Virus record (IMG/VR): IMGVR_UViG_3300023202_000383
Coordinates: 186,001 to 250,000 of that record
Reading direction: 5' to 3' (one strand)
DNA length: 64,000 nt
Shown: piece by piece, positions 9,679 to 16,968 of the stretch
How the letters are laid out: every line of letters begins with the position of its first letter
Numbering within the stretch: the stretch's first letter is position 1
Translations under genes and position numbers: made by a program
The notes under the pieces: generated by a model
Databases searched by the model: none
What the model saw: the letters and a program-made list of their open reading frames with translations, nothing else
What the model was told of the DNA's origin: nothing

Positions 9679-10335
9679 TTGGCCTGCTTCGATGTTATTC
9701 AGGCTTATATTCATGTTTCTATCCATCATTGACCTGTCTTGATTCTCGATGTTGCCATATCTGTCTTCGTCTCCGTGATCTATCCATTTTAATATATCTG
9801 TCGGTTGCCAATAAAACTTTATTCCTATTGCTCTGGCACGCATGATTAAATCGTCATCTTCGTACCCATACCCCTCAAACTCTTCATTATATCCACCCAT
9901 ATGGTAAAACCACCACCTTTTTATTGCTATCCTTCCGAATGCTCCATTCCAATGTTTGGGTTCACTTTTTGAGGCCATAAAATTATAGCCGCCATTGAAT
10001 ACCTCTCTCAGTTTTTGCATGTATTCCTTGGTTACTATGTTATCCGCGTCGAGATTTACTAATATTGCCCCATTGCCCATCTTATGTGCTATGTTTTTAG
10101 CATGTGGCGGCCTAAAATACTTTGGTTTATCGGTTCTTTTGAATTTTAACTTGCCCGTGTTGATATGGCTTTGCATATCATTGTATATCCATTCTTCTAA
10201 TCCATCGGTTGAGCCATAATCTAGAACGACGAATTCCACATCATCTTGGCTATTATTTATGCTTTCTTGGAGTGTTTGTTTTAGATGGTGCAATCGATTC
10301 ATGCAAGAAGTGCAAAAACTAATATACATATCCAT
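9643..10335 (-). CDS. Glycosyltransferase GT2 / GT7-C (galactosyltransferase-like)
   Basis: VVLDYGSTD, NLDAD, GGYNEEFEGYGYEDDDLIMRA. Confidence 0.85.
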   Translation of the reverse strand: MDMYISFCTSCMNRLHHLKQTLQESINNSQDDVEFVVLDYGSTDGLEEWIYNDMQSHINTGKLKFKRTDKPKYFRPPHAKNIAHKMGNGAILVNLDADNIVTKEYMQKLREVFNGGYNFMASKSEPKHWNGAFGRIAIKRWWFYHMGGYNEEFEGYGYEDDDLIMRARAIGIKFYWQPTDILKWIDHGDEDRYGNIENQDRSMMDRNMNISLNNIEAGQLVANAGKDWGV

Positions 10336-10366
10336 ATCCTTGGAGGTTGGACCATTTAAATACTAA

Positions 10367-10450
10367 TGCACGGAGAGGGACTTGAACCCCCAAGCCCTTT
10401 CGGGATCCGAGTTACAGTCGGAGATGCTACCAATTACGCTCTATCCGTGC
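10367..10450 (-). tRNA. tRNA-Tyr(GTA)
   Basis: Cloverleaf, anticodon loop CTGTAAC, long variable arm, TTCAAGT T-loop; no encoded CCA. Confidence 0.92.
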
Positions 10451-10469
10451 AGGCGTGAAAAGATAAATT

Positions 10470-11099
10470 ATGGAATTAAGACATCCTTTAAAGAATGATA
10501 TATGGGCTCTGGAACTATTCGACTTTATGGAGGGCGGCTTCTTTGTAGAAGCTGGTTGTACCAATGGAAAAAGCGGTTCTGCTACGTGGAATCTCGAAAA
10601 AGAATATGGATGGAATGGCCTGTGTGTGGAGCCAAACCACGTGATGTATGGGAAAATGATCAATGCTGGATGGAGATCATGTCATACAGCCAATGTTTGT
10701 TTATATGATAAGGAAGGTGAAATAACTTTTGCCGAATACCATGATGGCTCTGATGTATTCAGGAGCCATATTATAAATAACTGCAATGACAAAAATTTGC
10801 CAAAACCAGACAAGATATCAGTGAGACGATGCGTTTCGTTAACATCTCTATTGGATGAAATATCGGCACCAAAGATTATTCACTACTGCTGCTTAGATGT
10901 TGAAGGAGCCGAGTATAAGGTACTCAAAGGCATAGATTTCAATAAGTATAAGATATTGTCTATGTCTGTAGAAGTTAGTAAGAATTTCACTACTAAATGT
11001 GCTAAATTAATGCTTAAAAATGGGTATATTAGATCAACTAATAAATATACTGACAAACCATTTGAACAGTATTGGATTCACAATAGCATAACGCCCTAG
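10470..11099 (+). CDS. FkbM-family methyltransferase
   Basis: FFVEAGCTNG, GWNGLCVEPN, LDVEGAE..VLKGIDF motifs. Confidence 0.85.
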   Translation: MELRHPLKNDIWALELFDFMEGGFFVEAGCTNGKSGSATWNLEKEYGWNGLCVEPNHVMYGKMINAGWRSCHTANVCLYDKEGEITFAEYHDGSDVFRSHIINNCNDKNLPKPDKISVRRCVSLTSLLDEISAPKIIHYCCLDVEGAEYKVLKGIDFNKYKILSMSVEVSKNFTTKCAKLMLKNGYIRSTNKYTDKPFEQYWIHNSITP

Positions 11100-11164
11100 A
11101 CGGGGATCGAACCCGCAGCCTTTCGCGTGACAAGCGAATGATCTTCCACTTGATCTTCTAGGGC
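11092..11164 (-). tRNA. tRNA-Asp(GTC)
   Basis: Stem GCCCTAG/CTAGGGC, anticodon loop TTGTCAC, TTCGATC T-loop. Confidence 0.9.
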
Positions 11165-11542
11165 TTGTTCTCTATCTCTAAAATCGCATCAATCATGTCA
11201 TCAACCATCTCGAATGGGTCGAATGATGGATCGTGTGCTTCGTCCAACCTGAATTGTATTTCGTATTCAGCCTTTACGTCTACTGGCGATTTCCGTATTG
11301 CCGATAAGTCATAAAATGGGAATTCTGGTAGATCTTTTTCATATCTCTCTTATCGAATTGATCTTAGAACACCCAGCAATCCAGTCATTGCCAGATATCA
11401 AAAAGCATCCGTACAGACTAACTGACTCATGTACAACATTTAATTGCAGGTCTAAATATATCTTGTCACGCAACAGCTTGTGTATTGCGTCGACTAACGA
11501 GTTTTCTTTAGTATATGGCATAATATTCTCGCTATATTCCAA
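11158..11542 (-). pseudogene. Frameshifted member of the DPxFxP small-protein family
   Basis: ORF 11542-11339 stops in an AGAGAGATATGA context; an overlapping frame (11349-11158, 63 codons, no early start) carries HDPSFDPFEMVDDMI. Confidence 0.45.
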
Positions 11543-12054
11543 GCGTCGCTGTCACCCCTATGGTGTGTTCCTTCCATTGGGATTTTGCAGATCTCGCATG
11601 CTTCTTTAAGGCCAACTTCTCTTCTCAGTCCCGCAGCTATCGCAAACAATGTTTTTGCATTCAAATGCCGAGACCCGAAAGGATACCATATCTTGTGGGC
11701 TCTACATACCTTGTTGAATTGATTGCGGTCGTAATCGCCCCAGCTCGCCCAGAGTCGAGCGGTTGTGTCGTACTCTTCTTTGAGTATGGCACATGCTTCG
11801 GCCAGTGATATTCCGTGTTCATCTATTTGCTCTTGAGTGATGGTTGTCAATTGGGTACAGAAATCACTAATGTTAGATCTGGTTGGGGTGACCAATATGC
11901 TTCTTTTTTCTTCAGGTCGAAGCGTTTTGACATTTATCGGGCATATCCCGATCTCTATGATGTCGCTTTCTTCCCCTCTCGGAGGCGATGTGTCCCAGCA
12001 AGTGGACTCGATGTCGACCACGATTATTTTATCTTGCTTCTTATGTCTACTCAT
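11494..12054 (-). CDS. DEDDh 3'-5' exonuclease (ERI-1/KapD-like)
   Basis: VVDIESTCW, IIEIGI, WASWGDYD, GTHHRGDSDAWNIA. Confidence 0.9.
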   Translation of the reverse strand: MSRHKKQDKIIVVDIESTCWDTSPPRGEESDIIEIGICPINVKTLRPEEKRSILVTPTRSNISDFCTQLTTITQEQIDEHGISLAEACAILKEEYDTTARLWASWGDYDRNQFNKVCRAHKIWYPFGSRHLNAKTLFAIAAGLRREVGLKEACEICKIPMEGTHHRGDSDAWNIARILCHILKKTR

Positions 12055-12075
12055 AATATCTCCTTATTGATTGAA

Positions 12076-12146
12076 TCCGCCCGGATGGAGTTGAACCAAC
12101 GTCGGACCGTTATCAGCGGTCTGCTCTACCGTTGAGCTACGGGCGG
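12076..12146 (-). tRNA. tRNA-Ile(GAT)
   Basis: Cloverleaf, anticodon loop CTGATAA. Confidence 0.9.
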
Positions 12147-12221
12147 TTAAACTTGATCTATTAACTTCTGAATTCTTTTATAGGAATTGTAACAACTCTG
12201 AAGCTAGATAGAAATAATAAA

Positions 12222-12304
12222 CACGCCGGGTAGGATTCGAACCTACAGGCCCTTTGCGGGCACGGTTTTGGAGACCGCTTGGCTCACCAATGCACTGCCG
12301 ACGT
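12222..12304 (-). tRNA. Atypical class II tRNA with CCA (Trp) anticodon
   Basis: Acceptor ACGTCGG/CCGGCGT, G73, loop CTCCAAA, long V-arm GCCC-GCAAA-GGGC, T-arm GTAGG-TTCGAAT-CCTAC; non-canonical D-arm. Confidence 0.75.
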
Positions 12305-12318
12305 ATAAGAATGGGGAA

Positions 12319-12391
12319 TGGACCTGGAGGGATTCCAACCCTCGACCTCTTCCTTGCAAGGGAAGCGTTCTCGCTACTGAACTACAGGCCC
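12319..12391 (-). tRNA. tRNA-Ala(TGC)
   Basis: G3.U70 pair, loop CTTGCAA; T-loop variant TTGGAAT. Confidence 0.88.
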
Positions 12392-12424
12392 AAAATCGCA
12401 AACCGCAATTGAAATTAAATCCAA

Positions 12425-12496
12425 TGGAGCCATTGGGATTCGAACCCAAGATTCTACCATGCCATGGTAGCGTGATCCCTGTTTCACCATAGCCCC
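12425..12496 (-). tRNA. tRNA-Ala(GGC)
   Basis: G3.U70 pair, loop ATGGCAT, TTCGAAT T-loop. Confidence 0.88.
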
Positions 12497-12548
12497 ATGT
12501 GATAGGGCTTTTTATTACGCGACGCCCCGAATTCCACAAATACCGCAT

Positions 12549-13238
12549 TCAGTTTTTGTTTGCGTTGGCTTGTTCGCTAACATCCTCCCATTTTTCCCAT
12601 TCTGCTTCTAGTTTGTCTCTCGGCAAATCTGGTAGGTGGTGCATGTGTATTACTTTTGGTCTAGCAACTAATTTAAAGTTTGACGACCTAACATTCCATT
12701 CTGGCGAAAGTTTTTGTACGTTTATGTCTCTGTTGAATATTAGGTGGTTTAGAACAGATTGGTCCGATGTCCACCCTTCTTGTTCACCTATCTCATTATA
12801 TCTATCTATTGCTTCGTCTAAAACATTTATCACTCTGTCATTCATCCTATAAAATATTACACCAGTATTTAAGTGGCCTGGGTTATATCCCAAAAACAGT
12901 TTCTTGTCGTAATCAACACTCATATCTTTAGCTGCTGCGATATCAAAATTAAACCACATCACATCTTCTGGCCGACTTAGTATCTCGGTATCTGAATCGA
13001 AGAAAACTGTTTGGTCATATGGTGATGCTCGTAATGCTCGGAGTTTTGTCAAACCCCAATTATCATCCTGCTCTATTGGTCTCTGAGTTATTTTCATAGA
13101 TCCTGCCAGGGGCAGAATCGCGTCTGTGAATATGGTTATTGGTATATCACTCAGTTTCCTTAGGCTTGCTATGCTATGCAAAGCCCATCTATTGTACATT
13201 TCTCCAGTAGCAATATAAACAGCCCCATATGTCGCCAT
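12549..13238 (-). CDS. Glycosyltransferase (GT8 / nucleotide-diphospho-sugar transferase-like)
   Basis: YDQTVFFDSD, LNTGVIFY, SDQSVLN, EWNVR. Confidence 0.8.
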   Translation of the reverse strand: MATYGAVYIATGEMYNRWALHSIASLRKLSDIPITIFTDAILPLAGSMKITQRPIEQDDNWGLTKLRALRASPYDQTVFFDSDTEILSRPEDVMWFNFDIAAAKDMSVDYDKKLFLGYNPGHLNTGVIFYRMNDRVINVLDEAIDRYNEIGEQEGWTSDQSVLNHLIFNRDINVQKLSPEWNVRSSNFKLVARPKVIHMHHLPDLPRDKLEAEWEKWEDVSEQANANKN

Positions 13239-13247
13239 TATTTAAGT

Positions 13248-13424
13248 TCATTCTCCTCTGATTGCTTTATTTATTGACTTAGCCATATCTTTTACTAACT
13301 TCTCTTGTAAGTCAGTACCATGCAGCTTTTTAAGATTTTGTGTGGTTTCAAATGTCCATACTCCCATCAACTTACGTTCTTTTACAAATCGTTTGTAAAT
13401 TTGATGTAGTAGACTTCCCCACAT
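13248..13424 (-). CDS. Small protein resembling an internal segment of the T4 gp23-type major capsid protein
   Basis: 58 aa, not in the track; RKLMGVWTFETTQNLKKLHGTDLQEKLVKDMAKSI matches the recalled gp23 pattern RKLKA.W..E..QDL...HG.D.E.EL. Confidence 0.55.
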   Translation of the reverse strand: MWGSLLHQIYKRFVKERKLMGVWTFETTQNLKKLHGTDLQEKLVKDMAKSINKAIRGE

Positions 13425-13429
13425 ATCAA

Positions 13430-13834
13430 TTAAATACCGTCGCGGCTGCGGCGGGTATCCGACTCCGCGAGTGAATCGGCGATTTCGGTATTCTTGTGTG
13501 GGTATTCGCTGTCGAACTCAACAAGTAGTGCCAGTTGACTCCGCTCGTAACGCAAATGAGTATTGTCTAGATGCTCGAGCAAATTCAGCCAGAGTTCGTA
13601 TCCCGCGCCAGTGACGTTGCAGTCTTTCGCTTCGACAACGAGCTTTTTCAGCGGGGATCGGCGCTCATCCAGTTCAATTGCGTATTCGTTTAGAATCTCT
13701 TGCACCTGCGAGGTGTCATCGAGCGTCCCCGAGAGCGTGATCCTCCGAGGTCCTCGAATGAGTTTGAATTTTTCAGCCATCTGTCTTCTCCTTCTCATTC
13801 TACGATTTTGGTTGAGACTCTTGGGATGCCGCAA
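13430..13834 (-). CDS. Hypothetical protein, possibly STAS-like
   Basis: ITLSGTLD...V..IL...LVVEAKDC.V...G..W pattern; GC-richer than flanks; likely start MAEKFK. Confidence 0.45.
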   Translation of the reverse strand: MRHPKSLNQNRRMRRRRQMAEKFKLIRGPRRITLSGTLDDTSQVQEILNEYAIELDERRSPLKKLVVEAKDCNVTGAGYELWLNLLEHLDNTHLRYERSQLALLVEFDSEYPHKNTEIADSLAESDTRRSRDGI

Positions 13835-13854
13835 CCATTGTGATTGTAGCAGTT

Positions 13855-14292
13855 TCAGGTACTCTTAGGCCGAATGGATCGAAGATTCTTGTATTTCTCA
13901 AAATGAGGGCTGTCTTCTGGAATGAACAAATGATCGTGTGGCTGCATGTAGCGGATCGCGAAAGCAAGCACCGGACACGTGAGCACCGACTTCCACCGGG
14001 GATTGTAAACGGCGGGGGATCCACATCCATGGTAGAACTGGCCAAGCATGAGGCCCACATCTATAAAGATCGGCTTGATCTGGTCATATAATCTGTCAAT
14101 CGGCTCGCATGGTTTGCCTTTGGCTAGCGGGTAGCTGTCGAAAAACGTGAGAAAGGTCTTCAGGTTTGTCGGGTCGGCCGGCATGCCATCTCGGTCGACG
14201 TCATGTACGGGTTCTGTACGAAGAAAAAGCTCGATTTGTTCACACAGCTCTGTCTCAATATTGGCGCAGAAATTGTTGGGGCACGTTTCTTG
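13855..14292 (-). CDS. DUF6875-like protein (recalled family)
   Basis: GLMLGQFY..C..PAVYNP.W....CP..AFAIRYMQPHD.LF; frame open from 14292, first ATG at 14184. Confidence 0.5.
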   Translation of the reverse strand, partial: QETCPNNFCANIETELCEQIELFLRTEPVHDVDRDGMPADPTNLKTFLTFFDSYPLAKGKPCEPIDRLYDQIKPIFIDVGLMLGQFYHGCGSPAVYNPRWKSVLTCPVLAFAIRYMQPHDHLFIPEDSPHFEKYKNLRSIRPKST

Positions 14293-14557
14293 TTATATCT
14301 TCAGCTGCTTCTTGTTGATAAAAATAACTTGATACTACTAAATCCCACGGGTTTCTTACGAATGCGAATTTGAAATATTCTTCCCAACACCCAATATGTT
14401 CTTTTAATTTAGACGCTGGTACATGGTGAGCATATGGCGAGTTAGGATCATTTTTTGATCGTATATCTGAATAATCATTCAGCGCATATCTAATGCTGCT
14501 ACTGCCGGTCTTAGGTATAGCAATGAATATGAATTTGTACTTGTGTGACAGCCTCAC
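14255..14557 (-). pseudogene. Truncated sulfotransferase (Sulfotransfer_2-like N-half)
   Basis: FIFIAIPKTGSSSI and FAFVRNPWDLVVSSY are present, but the ORF ends at 100 aa where GC-richer sequence starts. Confidence 0.6.
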
Positions 14558-14760
14558 TTGGCCAATTCTTCTAGCGGGGCACCATTTTCGTCTGCTATGA
14601 TAATTCTATGACCTTGTTCTTGGTGCTTCCTGATATAGTCGAAGGCCACCACCGATCTTCGTACAACTTCTCCCGGTGCGATATTTTGGTCTAATGCACG
14701 CTGTTCGACAATTTCTTCAGCTTCACCTGTTAGGTTAACATTCATCTTCTTATCCTCCAC
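14554..14760 (-). CDS. Ribbon-helix-helix-like small DNA-binding protein
   Basis: MNVNLT.EA.EIVE..A.......EVVRRSV beta-alpha-alpha pattern. Confidence 0.55.
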   Translation of the reverse strand: MEDKKMNVNLTGEAEEIVEQRALDQNIAPGEVVRRSVVAFDYIRKHQEQGHRIIIADENGAPLEELAK

Positions 14761-14777
14761 AATATATTTGTGGAGGA

Positions 14778-15170
14778 CTATTTGGAACTACATCTCTTTG
14801 CTATTGCTTCATAATAGATTTTGGCTTTTTCATACATATCTCTTTCCAGCCAGTGCAGTCTGCAAAATACACCGAGCAGAAAGATTCTCTTAAAGTTGTT
14901 CTCCATCTCCCCGTCGTAACCATATGCGAATTTTTTCTTTTCTATATCGAACACGACTGACGAAACTGGGTCCAGCTCGGCCTCTACTCGTCCATCGGGA
15001 AGTGCTGTGAGCGTACTGTATGATACACCGCACGCCGGATCATCGACAGAAATATAAAGCTTTTTGGCTTCCGGGTTTTCTATATCATATTTTATTTTAT
15101 CATCATCAATCCAAATCAAGTTCATACCAAATGGGCCAGCGTCAGTGGATATTGTTATGCTAGTGTTCAT
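14778..15170 (-). CDS. Hypothetical, family B paralogue
   Basis: LIWIDDDKIKYDIENPEAKKLYISV. Confidence 0.7.
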   Translation of the reverse strand: MNTSITISTDAGPFGMNLIWIDDDKIKYDIENPEAKKLYISVDDPACGVSYSTLTALPDGRVEAELDPVSSVVFDIEKKKFAYGYDGEMENNFKRIFLLGVFCRLHWLERDMYEKAKIYYEAIAKRCSSK

Positions 15171-15534
15171 TATTGCTCGCTATTAATTCCAGATATTCTT
15201 TGGCACTTTTATTAAATAATTTTATGTTGTGCTTATCAAATATTATCGGAAAGTTTGTGAGGCTAGTATACACTCTGCTGTTTCTGGTCTGCGCCCATAC
15301 TCTGTTTTCAATATCTATTAAATATCCACATTCTACTAAGTAATCGAATGATTTACCAAACGATACATAAATATGGCGTGCCTTCGGATTATCAACATCG
15401 AACCTTACATTTATATTATCTAGCCATGCCAATTTTATGTCATATAAATCGCCACCAACATAGCATTTATATACGCCATTTATGGCAGTAGGTGCGCCGT
15501 CAACGTCAATCAGAAAAATATTACTCATTGCCAT
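15160..15534 (-). CDS. Hypothetical, family B paralogue
   Basis: LAWLDNINVRFDVDNPKARHIYVSF. Confidence 0.7.
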   Translation of the reverse strand: MAMSNIFLIDVDGAPTAINGVYKCYVGGDLYDIKLAWLDNINVRFDVDNPKARHIYVSFGKSFDYLVECGYLIDIENRVWAQTRNSRVYTSLTNFPIIFDKHNIKLFNKSAKEYLELIASNNEH

Positions 15535-15949
15535 AGTATTTATTCGTGTTCTTTTTGAGAAACGTTTCTGTAGTTTCTAATAGTTGCTCAAAATACTCTC
15601 TTCTGAATCCGTTTTTTGACCATTTGGTGCTTATGTCTTCCCACCCCTTAATTTGTGGTCTTACATCATGTATTGTGTGTTTATGTGTACCACCTGATTT
15701 TCTAAGCTCTCCATCATAATGGACTGCAGAGATCCGTTTGTTAATGATGTCAATTACCCAGCATATAGGCTTATGGATTTGCACACACACTAATTCAGCG
15801 TCCGGATTGTCAACGTCTTTTCTGACATATCCATTGTCATCAATCCATACTAATTCCATTTCGTTGATATATAATACCCTATTGAACAGGCTGTATTTTC
15901 TTGAACTCATTGGTATCGCCCTCGTGTCCGCAATCAGGGCAGCTACCAA
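15521..15949 (-). CDS. Hypothetical, family B paralogue
   Basis: LVWIDDNGYVRKDVDNPDAELVCVQI; likely start ATG 15910. Confidence 0.7.
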   Translation of the reverse strand: MVAALIADTRAIPMSSRKYSLFNRVLYINEMELVWIDDNGYVRKDVDNPDAELVCVQIHKPICWVIDIINKRISAVHYDGELRKSGGTHKHTIHDVRPQIKGWEDISTKWSKNGFRREYFEQLLETTETFLKKNTNKYYGNE

Positions 15950-16184
15950 TCATTTCGTTCATTGATGTGTCTGGGTGTATTTCTTTGCATGTGGCTTTTT
16001 CAGAACCACAATTTGGGCATTTGTAATATGTAGGAGTAAACTCCATATGTGTGATTGACCCGTCATCTTCGATATTCAAGCCTAGGGAATTTGCGAATTT
16101 TTTGAACCCAGGTGTAATCGATTCTGGGTCTAGCTTATTTGTTTCCTCTGACAGTACCTTATCAAGTTTATCTTTATAGTCCAT
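15879..16184 (-). CDS. Zinc-ribbon protein
   Basis: CPNCG...CPDCGH. Confidence 0.7.
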   Translation of the reverse strand: MDYKDKLDKVLSEETNKLDPESITPGFKKFANSLGLNIEDDGSITHMEFTPTYYKCPNCGSEKATCKEIHPDTSMNEMIGSCPDCGHEGDTNEFKKIQPVQ

Positions 16185-16482
16185 CGTTGTTCCCTAAACG
16201 TTTTAAAGAAAATTCAGCGTCTGCTATATATGGACCTATAGTAGCAGGATCTGACTCCCAGCCGCATATTTGCATGGCGTCTGGCCCATCGGTTATTTTG
16301 GCTGGGCCATTGTAATATTCCATGACTCTAGATGCTCTCTTATTTTCTATATCTACTACAACTATTGATGTCCAATAGTTAATTAGAACACATATAGCTT
16401 CTGAATCCGGATCATCAATGTCATGGCGGATCCGCCCATCGTCATCAACCCATACTAAACAGTTGTCCAATTTATAAAACAT
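16174..16482 (-). CDS. Hypothetical, family B paralogue
   Basis: LVWVDDDGRIRHDIDDPDSEAICVLI. Confidence 0.7.
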   Translation of the reverse strand: MFYKLDNCLVWVDDDGRIRHDIDDPDSEAICVLINYWTSIVVVDIENKRASRVMEYYNGPAKITDGPDAMQICGWESDPATIGPYIADAEFSLKRLGNNDGL

Positions 16483-16525
16483 TATTGATTGGAGGTTCGA
16501 AACTGTGCTTTGCCATATATTTGAA

Positions 16526-16796
16526 CTCCCCTGCCTGGACTTGAACCAGGAACCTAGCGGTTACAGCTACCCGGAAATTTCTATCCGGACTGGACTTTCT
16601 CTTGGCCATGTCTTTCGATTTAGGCCCATCCCGTAAAGTCTCTACACTTGCCCGGCTTTCGCCTGCTAGCTCGGTCGGGATTACCATGCCATTATGGGTT
16701 AGGCTTCCCCGAATTAGGGATGTTTTCACCATGTAGTTTCCTACATGGGCTGCAATTGTTTACAGCCGCTCGCTCTACCAATTGAGCTACAGAGGA
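16526..16796 (-). tRNA. tRNA-Asn(GTT) interrupted by a group I intron
   Basis: 5' exon TCCTCTGTAGCTCAATTGGTAGAGCGAGCGGCTGT (16796-16762) plus 3' exon TAACCGCTAGGTTCCTGGTTCAAGTCCAGGCAGGGGAG (16563-16526) rebuild the loop CTGTTAA. Confidence 0.9.
16564..16761 (-). ncRNA. Group I self-splicing intron, 198 nt, no ORF
   Basis: 5' splice after U with IGS GCAGCC pairing to GGCTGT (G.U); P2 CCATGTAG-GAAA-CTACATGG; P3 CATCCC/GGGATG; P4 AATTCGGGGAA/TCCCGA; R TGTAGAGACT; S AAGAGAAAGTCC; P9 CCGGA/TCCGG; terminal G. Confidence 0.9.
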
Positions 16797-16855
16797 ATAT
16801 ATTGATTTAGTTGGTGGCTGCCTTACCAAGTCGGCCATCCGCCAAAATTCATCGA

Positions 16856-16960
16856 TCATTCGCAATACTCATTCGTTGGGCAAAGAACCACACCATATGG
16901 TGCTTTGCAGTCAGGACACGCTACACGAGCGATTCCCTCATTCCGCACCGACCGTTTCAT
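16856..16960 (-). CDS. Small Cys-rich (Zn-ribbon-like) peptide
   Basis: 34 aa MKRSVRNEGIARVACPDCKAPYGVVLCPTNEYCE with AGGAAG RBS; not in the track. Confidence 0.5.
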   Translation of the reverse strand: MKRSVRNEGIARVACPDCKAPYGVVLCPTNEYCE

Positions 16961-16968
16961 GGCTTCCT

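Noticed and set aside
12221-12306. Calling the CCA tRNA a true tRNA-Sec or 8/5 allo-tRNA
   Set aside because: The anticodon is CCA and the firm acceptor stem is 7 bp; an eighth pair would be only a U.G wobble.
12243-12548. ORFs over the tRNA cluster (also 19098..19346 and the 5' extension of 20025..20786)
   Set aside because: They overlap clear tRNA genes.
16472-16732. 86-aa ORF in the track
   Set aside because: Overlaps the group I intron and the tRNA-Asn 3' exon; not an intron-encoded endonuclease.
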